Of a stretch of DNA of 64,000 nt, positions 1-13,057 are shown piece by piece. The notes beneath the pieces are model-generated. The model saw only the letters and a list, made by a program, of their open reading frames with translations, ran no database searches and had not been told where the DNA came from. Numbering within the stretch: the stretch's first letter is position 1; each line of letters begins with the position of its first letter. Source of the stretch: Mobula hypostoma (taxonomy: Eukaryota); assembly GCF_963921235.1 (NCBI RefSeq), contig NC_086109.1, positions 19,842,001-19,906,000 on the forward strand. The letters are read 5' to 3'. The translations under genes were made by a program, and so were the position numbers.

Positions 1-49
1 TGAGCAAACGTATTTGCAGAAGCATCCCAGGCATTTAAGATCATGTAAG

Positions 50-560
50 CAGCATTCACAAGAAAAAAATTAAAAATAAATAATTATATACAACTTTTAC
101 AAGAAAGAACACAAGTAAAACAAAAATAAGTCAAGTTCAGTGCAAAGTTGCTATACTGTGATTAGGTTGTGCTGGTTGGTTTAAGAACCAGGCGTTTGAA
201 GGGAAGTAGCTGTTCTTGAACCCGGTGGTGTGGAACTTCAAGTTTCTGTATCTCCTGCCCAATGGCAGCTAGGAAAAGACAGTATGGCCCGGATGGTGGG
301 GATCTTTGATGATGATAGATGTGGCCTGCTTGGAGTCGTGCCTCCTGTAGATACTACCAATGGTTAAGAGGGATGAGCCCGTAATTAGGCTGCATCTGGT
401 TTTCTCTGCAGCCTCGTGTTTCTGATCATTTGAATTGTCATACCAGAACATCGTGCAACTTTTCAGCAGAACATTGGTAGAAGTTTAGGGATGAGTCAAA
501 TCTCATTAACCTCCTAAGAAAGTTAAGAGACTGGTATGTCTTCCTTGTGATTGCATCTAT
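50..560 (-). mobile_element. Degraded 3' fragment of a Rex1/Babar-type LINE
   Basis: Residual translation IIKDPHHPGHTVFS.LP.GRRYRS matches the end of the 18.6-19.6 kb element. Confidence 0.7.
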
Positions 561-819
561 GTGCATGTGTTAAGTGGAGGCCCCTTCTGTTAACTTGGGT
601 CAATTTGACCAATTCTAAAACATTTTCCTGAGAGAACAGCTGAGTAGAGTCAATCTGGATACAGGCCACCATAAAATAGTGCCAAAATTTGAAGATCATA
701 TCCGAGCTGAAAATGTATTTTTTGTCCATTTAAGCTAATAGGCCTGTAAAAATGTATTGAGGGGAGTTAAGAATGTGTTTAAAAAGTGGGCAATGTTGGT
801 CAGTAAGATGTGATTGATT

Positions 820-1017
820 TGAGTGTGGTGATTAGCACAACACAACGTGTGTGACCAGGGTTCAATTCCACCGCTGTCCGTAAGGACTTTGTACATCCCC
901 CCAAGACCGCATGGGTTTCCTCACACATTTCAAAGGTGTAAGTTAATTTGGCAGATAGATGTAATTGGGCAGTGTGGACTGTTACCGTTTTGTATTTCTA
1001 AATAAAATAAAATAAAA
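820..1017 (+). mobile_element. Degraded tRNA-derived V-SINE (HE1-like)
   Basis: B-box-like GGTTCAATTCC, V-domain remnant GCATGGGTTTCC, (TAAAA)n tail. Confidence 0.55.
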
Positions 1018-2264
1018 CATATAAAATAGGAGCATAATTCCACACTGAGTATGTTGAGTATCTTTTTTGGAAAAGCAAATAATTTTATGGCTACAGATCC
1101 TCAGAATGTTGAACTAGTGTACTAGCTCATCTCACAGGCAGGAGCAATTACAGGCAAATGTAATGGTATGGTTTGATTTAAAAATTCCTTGGAAGAATGA
1201 ATTCACCACAGACTGACAAGCATGCTGCCCAGAATAAGGAAAGGGAAATGTAAGCAAGTCATTTATTTGTTCAAACAACATTGGTTTTGTGGCTAAACGA
1301 CAGGGCTATTTAAAGTGGTGGAAGAGTAGGACAGGATAGATACCAATGGACTAAGAGAGTTGGACCAAAACAAAGAAATGATTTCTTCTCAGTGCTTTAG
1401 ATAATAGAATTCATTGCCCAGATTAAAGCTGGAACTGGACAAAGGGACATGGAAATTAAATGATTATATGGTGACATTTTCTAATGAACAAGATGGTATA
1501 GAACAGATTTTGCAGAAATAGCTGTTTCTGGTTTGTATCTTCCAGCCAGAGGGTTTGCTACCATGGGCAAATTATGAATCCTAATTTTGGTAATATAGAG
1601 AAAGTACAAACTTAATCTTTCTCCACATTCCCTCATGACTAGTTGTTACATGCTGAACTTGATCCAAAATGACAAGGTAATTCCATGTTATAATTCCTAC
1701 ACTTGAGAAGACTAGAAACATGAAAGAGCCAAGTAACATATTGACAGCTGGATAGGCCACCACAATATGCTTTGCCAGCTGTTAACGTTAGTTACAACTT
1801 GGAATACTCCTGAAATTCATAAGCACTCAAAAACTATTAAAAATCATTTTTAGAAGTTACAATGTATGGTTTAGTAATTAAAAAATCACTTTAAATTACT
1901 TCTAAACCATGTAAGGAAACAAATATATTTCACAATGATAATTTATAATTCACCCTTGTGACTGTTCACATACATTCAAAAGAAAGGACTTATTGCTCAT
2001 TTGCTGGGTCTAACCCAACCACGTTCATTTGGCACATTTCCTAGAGTAACTGCTGACAAATTCAACGAGCAATTCCTTTGTAAAGAGTCCTGTATTTGGA
2101 GCTCGGCTAGTTATGTACTTCTTTGACCCTCTGTATTTATCACACCTTTCCAACCAATTCATGGATACCGAGCTAACTGGATAAACCTTCCATTCTGCTC
2201 AAACCTCACAGTCTCAATTCCAAGTAACATCAAGTACAGGGACGATAACAAATTTCCACAGATG

Positions 2265-2686
2265 TACCATCTGGTACAGAGGGGCCAATGCATAGGATTG
2301 GAGAATGCTATAGAAGTTTGTAAACTCAGCCAGCTCCATCATGGGTTCTAGCCTCGCCAGCATCAAGGACACCTTCAAAAGGTGGTGATGCCTCAGGAAG
2401 GCAGCGTCCATCATTAAGGATCCTCACTATCTAGGACATGCCCTCTTCTCATTACTACCACCAGGGATAAGTTACAGGAGTCTGAATATACACTCTCAAC
2501 ACTTTAGGAACAGCTTCTTCCCCTTTACCAAACACTACTCAATCTTTAGCTCTGTTTTTGTATTAATTTGGTTTTTTTTTAATTTTCTTATTGTGACACA
2601 GTATTTTTAAATATATTGCAATGTACTGCTGATGCAAAACAATAAATTTCCTGACACGTCTGTGATAGTAAAGCTGATTCTGATAT
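2265..2686 (+). mobile_element. Rex1/Babar-type LINE 3' fragment
   Basis: Homologous to 18350-18930; ends in CTGATTCTGA tail. Confidence 0.7.
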
Positions 2687-2949
2687 ATTGAACACTTCCA
2701 TATCACAATCCTTTTTATAGTTTCTATTGACGTTTTGTACCAAATTGAAGGCATTAAGAGATAATTGCAAATCTGTGATATGCAAAAAATCATATGAAAA
2801 TTATGGATGAGTATGACAGCCTAACATTGAGCTTCCATTTTGGCTCAGAGAGACTCTACCCTGTACTACTTACTGCTTGTAACCAATTTTCTAGACCTAG
2901 TTAGCACCAGTGTATCATTTTCATGTCAACGCCAAGGCTTTGCACCATA

Positions 2950-4155
2950 CGCTCAGTGGCCACCCTATTAGGTATCTCCTGTACCTTATAAAGTGGCCAT
3001 TGAGTGTACGTTCGTGGTTTTCTGCTGCTATAGCCCATCCACTTCAAGACTCAAGATATTGTCCATTCATAGGTTCTCTTCAGCATGCCTCTGTTGTAAC
3101 ATGTGGTTATTTGAGTTACCGACACCTTCCTGTCAACTTGAACTTGTCTAGCCATTTTCCTCTGGCTTCCCTCTTTTACAACCCATTTTCACCCATAAAA
3201 CTGCCACTCACTAGATTTTTTTGTTTGTTTCTTGCACCATTCTCTGTAAACTCTAGAGATTGTTGTGAAAACCCCAGGAGACTAGATTAGATTAGATTAT
3301 GAGGACACTCAGTCCTCATTTATTGTCATTTAGAAATGCATGCATTAAAAAATGATACAATGTTCCTCCAGAAAGATATCACAGAAACACAGGACAAACC
3401 AAGACTAAAACTGACAAAACCACATAATTATAACATATATTTACAACAGTGCAAAGCAATACTGTAATTTGATAAAGGGCAGACCATGGGCACGGTAAAA
3501 AAAAGTCTCAAGTCCCGATAGCTCCATCATCTCACGCAGACGGTAGAAGGGAGAAACTCTCCCTGCCATGAACCTCCAAGTTCCGCAAACTTGCCGATGC
3601 AGCACCATTGGAAGCACCCGACTGTAGCGGACCCTGAGTCCGTCCGAAAACTTCGAGCCACCAACCAGCCCTCTGACACCAAGCACCATCCTCTGCCAAG
3701 CGCTTCGACCCCGCCCCGGATGCCGAGCACAAGCAAAGCCAAGGACTCGAGGCCTTCCCCTCCGGAGATTCTGGATCACACAGTAGCAGCGGTAGCGAAG
3801 CAGGCATTTCAGAAGTTTCACCAGATGTTCCTCCGTGCTCTCATGTCTGTCTCCATTAAATCAGGATTGTGCACGGCACCCTACTTGACAGATAACAAAC
3901 TCATTCACTAGAGTGGCCACTGCGAGCTGCATCAGCGGTTTCTGAGATACCTAAACTACCCTGATTGGCATCAATACTCATTCCACAGTCCAAGTCACCT
4001 CAATCACGTTTCTTCCCCATTCTGAGGTTTGGTCTGAACAACTGAATGTCTTGACCATGTCTGCATGCGTTCATGCACTGCCACACGATTAGCTGATTAG
4101 ATATTTGCATTAATGAGCTGATGTACAGGTGTACCCAATAAACTGGCCACTGAGT
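2950..4155 (-). mobile_element. Non-autonomous Tc1-like DNA transposon, interrupted by a retroposon at about 3282-3930
   Basis: TIR CTCAGTGGCCAC...; colinear with the copy at 7445-8020 on both sides of the interruption. Confidence 0.75.
3282..3930 (-). mobile_element. Non-coding retroposon with (TCTAA)n tail, copy 1
   Basis: Aligns by eye along its length to 5988-6666; AATAAA and tandem tail on the minus strand; splits the Tc1 element. Confidence 0.75.
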
Positions 4156-5324
4156 TAGCTGTAATGTGGAATGTTGATGAAGAAACAATGAATGATTCAC
4201 AGATTACATCAGGTAACAGAAATCAGAAAAACTGCAGATGCCTGAAATCTGAAACAAAAACAGAAAATGGTGGAAAAACTGAGCAGGTGAAAAGAGTTTT
4301 CAGGTGTGTTGGAAACCATTGTCTTTTATTAATAATATTTTTTATAAAATTTGTACTTTTTAACAAACTCATGTATTTTTCACTCATTGGCAGAAAGTGG
4401 TATAGCATCTAAACTAACGGTTTATCACCTTTCTCATTTTTCATTGGTTAAGTATCAGCACATTACCCACGTGGTGTAATTGCTTTAATTATGTAGCCTA
4501 TTAATTAATTAATTCTTCTCTCAGGAATTTCTTTTATCTAATCTATAAAAGTGAGAGATTTTTCAGAAACGCCATCATGACTTTCTTTTTTATTCCTTTG
4601 TCTTACACCCTTTAAAATTAATTCCCTCTGAACATCACTTCTCAGCTCTTTATTTAGTTTGCTTGGTATTTGTATGTTTGTTTGCACACTAAAATAAACT
4701 GAAATTTATTAATACACTGATCCTTAGGGAAGAACTTAAGGATCAGAAATTAAGCAGAGATCCAACAAGTCTGAAAACCTTTGTCAGAACTAGAGAATTG
4801 TATAATACAAGTTGATATAATTTCAAAGGAATTCTAATTACTCTTGTATGCAAGTGAGAGAAGATTCAATCCCTTAGCTCTTCCCACATCTAGTAGAGAA
4901 CAGTTATTGAATGGCAGAGGTTGAATAGTGCAATTAGCTCAGATGTTTAAGGTTCAAAGCCTGTTCCCTGTCAAGTTAGTTGCTCCCAAATGGATGAAAA
5001 AAAAATGTTTATTAAAGTGAATTCAGAACATGGGATGCTCCAATGGGCTTTTGAGTCACTGAAGCTACATTAAAGAATACACACTGTGGGGAGTCAAACA
5101 GCACACAACATTGGAATTTCACATAACCTGGATTATTTATGGCTAATGTTAACTGGGACAAATATGGTGGGGTAATTTAATTTGTCCTTTAGCTAATGAG
5201 AATGAAAATCAGCAATGGTCAGTGTTATGAGTATGTGCACAACCTTTACAGATTTATCTTCACTGATAGTTTTCCAGCTGTATGAAATTAGTTTGAAGGT
5301 TAGTTCAGGATATAATGGATCATC

Positions 5325-5676
5325 AAGGAGTGATGCCTCAAGAAGGTGGCATCCATCATTAAAGATCCCCATCACCCAGGACATGCCCTCTTCTCATTGC
5401 TACCATCAGGGAGGAGGTACAGGAGCCTGAAAGCACACACACAGTAATTCATTAATAGCACCTTCCCCTCAGCCAGCAGATTTCTGAATCAATATTGAAC
5501 TCATAAACACTACCATTTTTTCTCTTTTTGGTCTACTTACTTAATATAACTTTTTAAATGTATATATACTTACTGTAATTTACAGTTTATATTATTATGT
5601 ATTGCAAGGTACTGCAGCCACATAACAACAGAATTTCATGACATGCCAGTGATATTAAACCTGATTCTGATTCTGA
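5325..5676 (+). mobile_element. Rex1/Babar-type LINE 3' fragment
   Basis: IIKDPHHPGHALFSLLPSGRRYRSL remnant; (TTCTGA)n tail. Confidence 0.7.
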
Positions 5677-5987
5677 ACCGTAGTTTTAAGTTAACAGCCC
5701 ATTCATACATGAAAACTGGCAGCCTGCAGCGAATTGTGAAGTTTGCAAGTGTCCCTGTGGGGGCAGGGTGAGGAGGAAGAGTCCTGTTACAGTCCAGAAT
5801 TACTTGCTTGGAAAGATAATAGAAACAAATAAACTAATCGTTTCTGTAAAGAAACAGGATAGTCGCATTGGATCAGGTTAGGACCAATTGGACGGTTCTT
5901 TCAAAGATGCAGGATCGTCTGAAAGGTCAAGTGGTCTCCACTAATGCTGTATTATTATGAAGAGAGCTCCAATATATTGGAAGCTAA

Positions 5988-6666
5988 ATAGATTAGATTA
6001 TGAGAACACTCAGTCCTCTTTTATTGTCATTTAGGAATGCATACATGCATTAAGAAATGATACAATGTTTCTCCAGACTGATATCACAGAAAACAGGACA
6101 AACCAAAGACTAACACTGACAGAACCACATAATTATAACATATAGTTACAGCAGTGCAAAACAATACCATAATTTGATGAAGAACAAACCACGGGCACGG
6201 TAAAAATAGTCTCAAAGTCCCCGAGTCCCCGATAGCAGGCGGCAAAAGGGAGAAACTCCCTGCTATAAACCTCCAGACACCGTCATCTTGCCAATGCCTT
6301 GGAAGCAGCCGACCCCAGCCGACACTGAGTCCATCCATCCGAAAACTTCGAGCCTCCGACCAGCCGCTCCGATACAGCCTCTCGAGCGCCATCGTCTGCT
6401 GAGCACGTTCGACCTCACCCCAGCCGCTGAAACACGCAAAGCCGAGGATTTCGGGGCCTCCTGCTCTGGAGATTCCGGTTACCACACAGTAGCAGCGGCA
6501 GCGAAGCGGGCATTTCAGAAGTTTTCCAGATATTCCTATGTACTCTCACGTCTGTCTCTATCAAATCAGAACTGTGCACGGTCCTCTACTTGACAGATAA
6601 CAGATATCATTCATTCACCGGAGAGGCCGCGCGCGCTGCCATCGCGTCGCCATCTTCTCCTCCTGC
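5988..6666 (-). mobile_element. Non-coding retroposon with (TCTAA)n tail, copy 2 (retains CpG-rich 5' head)
   Basis: 5' end GGAGAAGATGGCGACGCG on the minus strand; homologous to 3282-3930. Confidence 0.75.
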
Positions 6667-7444
6667 CTAGATAGGAGGACCCTCCTTCTGATTCATGACA
6701 GCCTTCGATCAATATGAACAAAAGAATCATGTTTAGCAAGGGTTAACAAAATCTGTACGATAGCACCTCTGTCACCGCTGCATGTGTTTGGTAAATTATG
6801 CAAATAATGACATTTAAGCAAACCTTTCTGGTTGAAGATGCACTTCAATCCATTAATTCCTGATTAGTAACTCTTGTGATCCTTAATGCAGATGTACAGA
6901 CAATCCTAATCACATCGGTGCTGATGTAATCTTAAAAGCATTGTGCAGCTGATTGACCTCTCCAGTCTGATTATTTGCCACTAAAGTGCATCCTCTGCAG
7001 CTGAAGACATGTCAAGCCATGGGACGAGGGGTAACACATTATCAAATCTAGCTCACGCAGCTAGGGTCAAAATCAAGGCAACAAACCCACACGTACATGA
7101 CGATTTATTGCAAACTGTTCTTTGCTGATCTACTGATGACTTCTATCGTAATAATTCTACTCTTTTACATCTAAATTCTCTGATCCAAAGAGTATTCTAT
7201 TATTGTTATCATCAATATTGCTATGTATTAGTTTTCTCTTGTATTATCTAAATTCACCATTGAAATGGTCTGTATGAATTGCACACAAAATGTAGTCTTC
7301 CATTATACCTCAGTACATGTGACAATAATTAACCAATTTAACTCCCATTGAGTGAAGCTAATTCATCTCTCCTCTTTTTTTGGCAGACAGGGACATGCTA
7401 AGATCAAATGGCTTTGATTCTATGACGTGCAATTAGCCACATCT

Positions 7445-8020
7445 AGCCTCAGTGGCCATTTGTACCTCCTGTACCTAATAAAGCGGCCACTGGGTATATG
7501 ATTGTGGTTTTCCTGCTGCTGTAGCCCATCCACTTCCAGGTTTAAAGCATTGTGTGTTCAGATGTGCTCTCCTGCACACCACTGCTGCAATGTGTGGTTA
7601 TTTGAGTTGCTGTCACCTTCCTGTCAGCTTGAACTAGGCCCGCCATTCTCCCCCGGCTTCTCTCATTAACACGGCATTTTCGTCCACAGACCTGACCCTC
7701 ACTGGATGTTCCTTTTTTTTTGTTTTTCACACCATTCTCTGTAAACTCTAGTAACTGTTGTGTGTGGAAAAAAAAACAGGAGATCCACAGTTTCTGAGAT
7801 ATTCAAACCACCCTGTCTGGCACCAACTATCATTCCATGATCAAAGTCACTTAGATTTCTTCCCCGTTCAGATGTTTGGTCTGAACAACGACTGCACCCT
7901 TGAGCAGGTCTGCATGTTTTTACGCACTGAGCTGTTGCCACACGATTGGCTGATTAGATGTTTGCATTAGCGAGCAGATATACAGACATACAGGTGTACT
8001 TAATAAAGAGGCTCTGAGTG
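7445..8020 (-). mobile_element. Non-autonomous Tc1-like element with transposase N-terminal HTH remnant
   Basis: Frameshifted translation LSDFDHGMIVGARQGGLNISET...VYREW / TSSEGQVCGRK...LVQADRKVTATQITT; TIRs; terminal TA at 8021-8022. Confidence 0.8.
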
Positions 8021-8699
8021 TAGATTCACTATTTGGCAGATGCAGCTTGAAGCTAAGATAATGGACTACATGACCCAGATAATGTGCTCAGTTCCTGGGT
8101 CAAAGCTTAAAGAATATAGATATGACTTCCACTGACTGAACGCTCATTTAAATGTAATGAATTAATAAAATGATTTATTAACTTGGAAATTTAATGAGCT
8201 AATTAAGAACGTGTTAAATTAATAATACAATGTATTATGTGTATATAATAAATATATATCTCTATTCAGTAGATTAATGTTTCAGAACAGCAATAACTAA
8301 GCAACACTGGTGCACTTTTGACGTCTCCTTTGAAGTGCTGAGGGAAAGCAGAACAAAAGATCCTCGAGCTGGTTAAAAAGTGGTGTAGGGATGAAGGGAT
8401 TTGACGATGAAGCTCCAGCATCTCAAGAGTAGCATTGCCTATCCACATGCGCTTCTCTTCCATCTGTTCCCAGTCCTCCCTCACACTGTCTCCAGTCTGC
8501 TCCTTCTTCTCCAATATGGCTTCTCCCACAAAACCTCCTCTTCCGTCCAGTTTGTTCTCTCTCGCTATGGCTCTCCTCACCCTATCCCTCTCAGCTTCCT
8601 TGCCCCGCTCCCCTTCGCACTGCACCTCGTGTTATCGTGACCCCCTTCACCTACTTCTTCTTCCCTTTCCACCTCCATATACTTCTTCAGGCTTTCCTC

Positions 8700-8801
8700 A
8701 CATCAGAATCAGGTTTAATATCTCCGGCATAGGTCATGAAATTTGATAACCTTGCAGCAGCAATATAATACATGAAAAATAGAGAGAAAAAACTGAATTA
8801 C

Positions 8802-8840
<39 letters not shown>

Positions 8841-9072
8841 TAATTTAAATAAGTAGTGCAAAAACAGAGAAAAAAGTGGTGAGTTAATGTTCATGGGTTT
8901 AATGTCCGTTTAGAAGTCAGATGACAGAGGGGAAGAAGCTGTTCCAGAATCACTGAGTGTGTGCCTTCAGACTTCTGTACCTCCTTTCTTAATGGCAGCA
9001 ATGAGAAGAGGGCATTCCTTTGGGTGGCGGGGTCCTAATGATGGATGCCACTTTTTGGAGGCATCGCTCCTT
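8700..9072 (-). mobile_element. Rex1/Babar-type LINE 3' fragment containing a (TA)n microsatellite (about 8807-8835)
   Basis: TCAGAATCAGG tail and homology to 18350-18760. Confidence 0.7.
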
Positions 9073-9653
9073 CCATCCTATGCCTTTCACCTGCCCTTCC
9101 ACCATCATCTCGCTCATACCCATCACCCTAATCCATTCCCCCTCCAACTCTCATCCCAAACTATTCCTTAGTTTGACCTGCCCTGCCTTTGCACACCTAC
9201 GACGCGTATTTAATTCAAATACCTAAAGAACAACATGCATTTACATATCAACATTAAAATCCCAAGGAGTTACTATCATCATTTTATGCACAGTCACAAA
9301 AGAAAATACTAAGACGTGTTGCCAAAAGCTAGGTCATATTGGAAAGTTTATCACAGAAGTCCCAATACGACAAGTAGAGCTGCTGCCTCGTAGCATCAGA
9401 AGCCTGGAGTCAATCCTGACCTTTGTGCTATCTGTACGGAGATGGTAAGGTATCTCCTATGATCTAATAGGTTTCTTCCCGCATCTAAAAGCATTTAATT
9501 GACCATTGAAAGTTGTCCACAGTGTGGATATGGGCCGTAAACAGGCAAGTGGGCCAAACTCAAGCACCTTAGTCATTTCAGATGAGCTGGGCCAAAAAGT
9601 CTGTTTCCTTGGTGTCCAGCTCTATGACTGTAAGTGAGAGGTAGCATCTAGAT

Positions 9654-9721
9654 CAGGGAATCCCAACCTACAGTCCACAGACCCCTTCGGTCCATGGCAT
9701 AAAAAACGTTGGGAACCCCTG
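9654..9721. mobile_element. Miniature hAT (Charlie-like) MITE
   Basis: TIRs CAGGGAATCCCAAC / GTTGGGAACCCCTG with 8-bp flanks ATCTAGAT / ATCTAGAC; related copy at about 51895-51971. Confidence 0.7.
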
Positions 9722-10379
9722 ATCTAGACGGTAGTTGATGGGAATGTGGGGAGAATAAAAGGGGTTAGTGTCAGATTAGAGCAAAACGAAAATGGGTGTT
9801 TGCTGTCGGTGTGGATTTGGTGAGCTGGACGGCCTGGTCTCATGCAAGTGGTGGCCCATGGCACTCCATTGATGAGATATGATTAGGTTTGTGCAGGCAG
9901 CTGAAGAACGTGTAGGAGCTGGTAGGAAAGTGGCTGTTCCTGAACCTGGTTATTGTGTGACTTCATGTCACAACCAGGGGCCGTTTTGAAAAAAAAGAAA
10001 AGATTTTTTTTCCGTTAGCATGTGGATTGTATTTTCCCTGATGTGCAGCATTTCTTGGATTGCTTACCTATAATGTCTAATTGTTTGTCTTTGGACTCGC
10101 TCTGTTTTCTCATTTTGTTTTGCAGGTGTCTCATTCGGTATCATGGGGATTATTAAGCTCTCTCTCTATTTATCACTTTTATTCGATTTGGGATAATTAA
10201 ATTAGCTCAGGATTTTCAATGTCTTGTGTAGTAGTTGTTGCCTTTGGGGTTTATTGCTCTGTCTGGACCCTGGGCCAGTCTGATTGGTTCTGAATTCCTA
10301 CCTGTTCCAGGGTGTTTTTTTTTGGGGGGGGAGCATGCCAACACCTCTTTGCTCGGTACATCGGGTCTGCTCTGACATT

Positions 10380-10740
10380 TTATCACGGCTAAATTATGAT
10401 CCCTCTCAACCTCATTCTCCTGCCTTCTCACCATAACCTTTGTTTCCCTGACTAATCAAGAACCTATCAACTTCCCCTTTAAATATACCCAATGACCTGG
10501 TCTCCACAACTATCTGTAGCAATGAATTCCGCAGATGCGCCTCTCTCTGGCTAAAGAGATTCTTCCTCATCTCTGTTCTAAATGGTTGCCCTTCAGCTCT
10601 GAGGCTGTGCCCTCTGGTCCTAGATTCCACCGCTAAATGGAAACTTCTTTTCCGCATCCACTCTATCTAGGCCTTTCAATATTCAATATTTCAATGCGAT
10701 CCGCACCCCACACCCCTTATTTTTCTAGACTCCAGCAAGT
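10380..10740 (-). mobile_element. CR1-type LINE 3' fragment
   Basis: ESRTRGHSLR...FRTEMRKNLFSQR...GIFKGEVDRFL translation. Confidence 0.8.
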
Positions 10741-10979
10741 TTACACTCTAAACTCCCACTCAAGGTGTGAGAGGCAGTGAATTTTCTGCTTAATTTCAGA
10801 CCCTTGAACTGACAAACCTCCCCACTTTTTTATTAAAACACTGAGTGTGGAGATGTGAAGAGATTGGAAATAGAGAGGAATCTGCCATGTGGGCTTTAAC
10901 AAACAACACAATTAGCAGTAAAGAATGCTGAAAAATTTACCATTCACCTACAGTCCTAAATGTTCCTCACACCCTCTGA

Positions 10980-11439
10980 CATGACCCTCTCACACCCTCC
11001 ACACACTACATCCGTAAAGCAAACAGCATCATGAAGGACCCCACGCACCCCTCATATAAACTCTTCTCCCTCCTGCCATCTGGCAAAAGACACCGAAGTA
11101 TTCGGGCTCTCACAGCCAGACTATGTAACAGTTTCTTCCCGCAAGTCATCAGACTCCTCAATACCCAGAGCCTGGACTGACACCAACCTACCTCCCTCTA
11201 CTGTGCCTATTGTCTTGTTTATTATTTATTGTAATGCCTGCACTGTTTTGTGCACTTTATGTAGTCCTGGGTAGGTCTGTAGTCTAGTGTAGTTTTGTGT
11301 TGTTTTACATAGTTCAGTGTAGTTTTTGTTTTGTTCATGTAGCACCCACCATGGTCCTGAAAAATGTTGTCTCATTTTTACTGTGTACTGTACTGGCAGT
11401 TATAGTCGAAATGACAATAAAAAGTGACTTGACTTGACT
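10980..11439 (+). mobile_element. Rex1/L2-type LINE 3' fragment with (GACTT)n tail
   Basis: KANSIMKDPTHPSYKLFSLLPSGKR remnant, AATAAA, tandem tail. Confidence 0.65.
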
Positions 11440-11530
11440 AAAGTTGACAGATTCAAGCGGTTCCTCACTTTAATAAAGATCCTCATTTGTTTCCCATTTT
11501 CTGTACATTTTGGAGAATTTACCCCACGTT

Positions 11531-11822
11531 GGGGCAGCACGGTAACAGAGTGGGGAAACACTGTAGCGTAGTGGTTAGCACAATGCATTACAGTTCCAGC
11601 TGCTGCCTGTAAGGAGTTTGTACGTTCTCCCCGTGACCGTGTGGGTTTCCTCCAGGTGCTCCGGTTTCCTCCCAAAGTCCAAAGGCGTACCGGTTGGCAG
11701 GTTAAATAGTCAATGTAAATTGTCCCGTGATTAGGCTAGGATTAAATCGGGGGTTACTGAGCCGTGCAACTCAAAGGGCCAGAAGGATCTATTCCACACT
11801 GTAAGTTAATAATTAAATAAAT
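11531..11822 (+). mobile_element. V-SINE (HE1-like)
   Basis: A-box-like TAGCGTAGTGG; V-domain GGAGTTTGTACGTTCTCCCCGTG...GGGTTTCCTCCAGGTGCTCCGGTTTCCTCCC. Confidence 0.75.
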
Positions 11823-13057
11823 CCCACTTCTGTTTAAAAATTTCTACCATCTTTTACCATGGACATTCCTAATTCTCGCCAGTATCTGTGTTCCACAGGA
11901 ACTGACCTATACTGTAACATCTCATCCAGGGCTAAGCACTTCTGAGCTTCATTGAGTGCTGATACCACGTTCTTGTGTGAGGGGCCTCATCAAAGAGTAA
12001 AACATTCCTGCAACCTGTGTTCCACATCTCGCTCCCCACTAGCCTGTTTACGCAGTAACTTTATTGCCAGCGCTCACCGAACTTCCACTGTAACACTTTT
12101 CTGTATTCTGTCACTGCTTGTCCCTTGTACTATCTCGTTGTACTGATGTGTAGGTGGGGGTATTTGCTCACAGGATGTGTGAAGCATCTAGTGCAGTAGT
12201 GTAGTAGTGCTTGTAGTTAGTACATGCTGCATGCCGTATGCCGCATAATGCTCTCTGCTTGCTATTCCCGGCTTACAGCTATTGCTGCTGGCTAGCCTTC
12301 TTAATAGAGTTTGAAAAGAGGAGCCAAGTGTGTAAGCCTCCTCCTGCCAGTACAGAACCCCTCCACCACCAAGACTCCTGCAGCGTCTCCTCGGGGCTAC
12401 ACACGGAAACTGGGTATCTTACACTCCCAGGCTAAACTACAGGGGATCTCGGAGCAGCAGTGGGCCCCAGAGATGTGGCGTGCAGGCCCACCACTGTGTG
12501 GACACGCCCTGGCGCCCGTCTACCACTGTCCCAGCTTTGGGCAAATAGCCCCACTGCCTTGTGGTAAGTCTGTTGAGACAAGGCTAAAGGAGCACACCCT
12601 GACAGAAAAGCAACGGGCTGGCAGCGCACAGTAGGCGGACCTTAATAGACTAAGGATCCGGCAGCCTCCTGCAGCCAAGATGTGGGACCGGTTGTCCTGG
12701 GATCACCCTTGCCACTGGGATTTACCTCATCATGGTGAAGGTAGTGCTACTGGGGATGGTGCACCCCCTGTGGCACTTTAAAATCTTTCTTGTGCACCGT
12801 GGCCACCATGAACAATACCTGTACTGATGCAAGGAAGTGATCAGTATGAATGCCCTGCAAGACAGCTTTCCTGACGTATATCACTACATGTGATACTGAT
12901 GCAGAGATTCATCCCAGGATGCGCTGGGACGCATCATCAGTGATGTCACCTGGGGTCGTCAGGTGTTTCAGGCCTTTCACCCTCGCTCAGGTGACCCGGC
13001 CAGGGTCATTCAGGCCCTGGCTTGTGTCCCAGCAGCACTGGTCCACGGGTCACGTGG

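Noticed and set aside
6700..7130. Possible conserved enhancer (CAGCTG E-boxes, TAAT sites) in unique sequence
   Set aside because: Such short motifs are expected by chance; unsupported without cross-species alignment.
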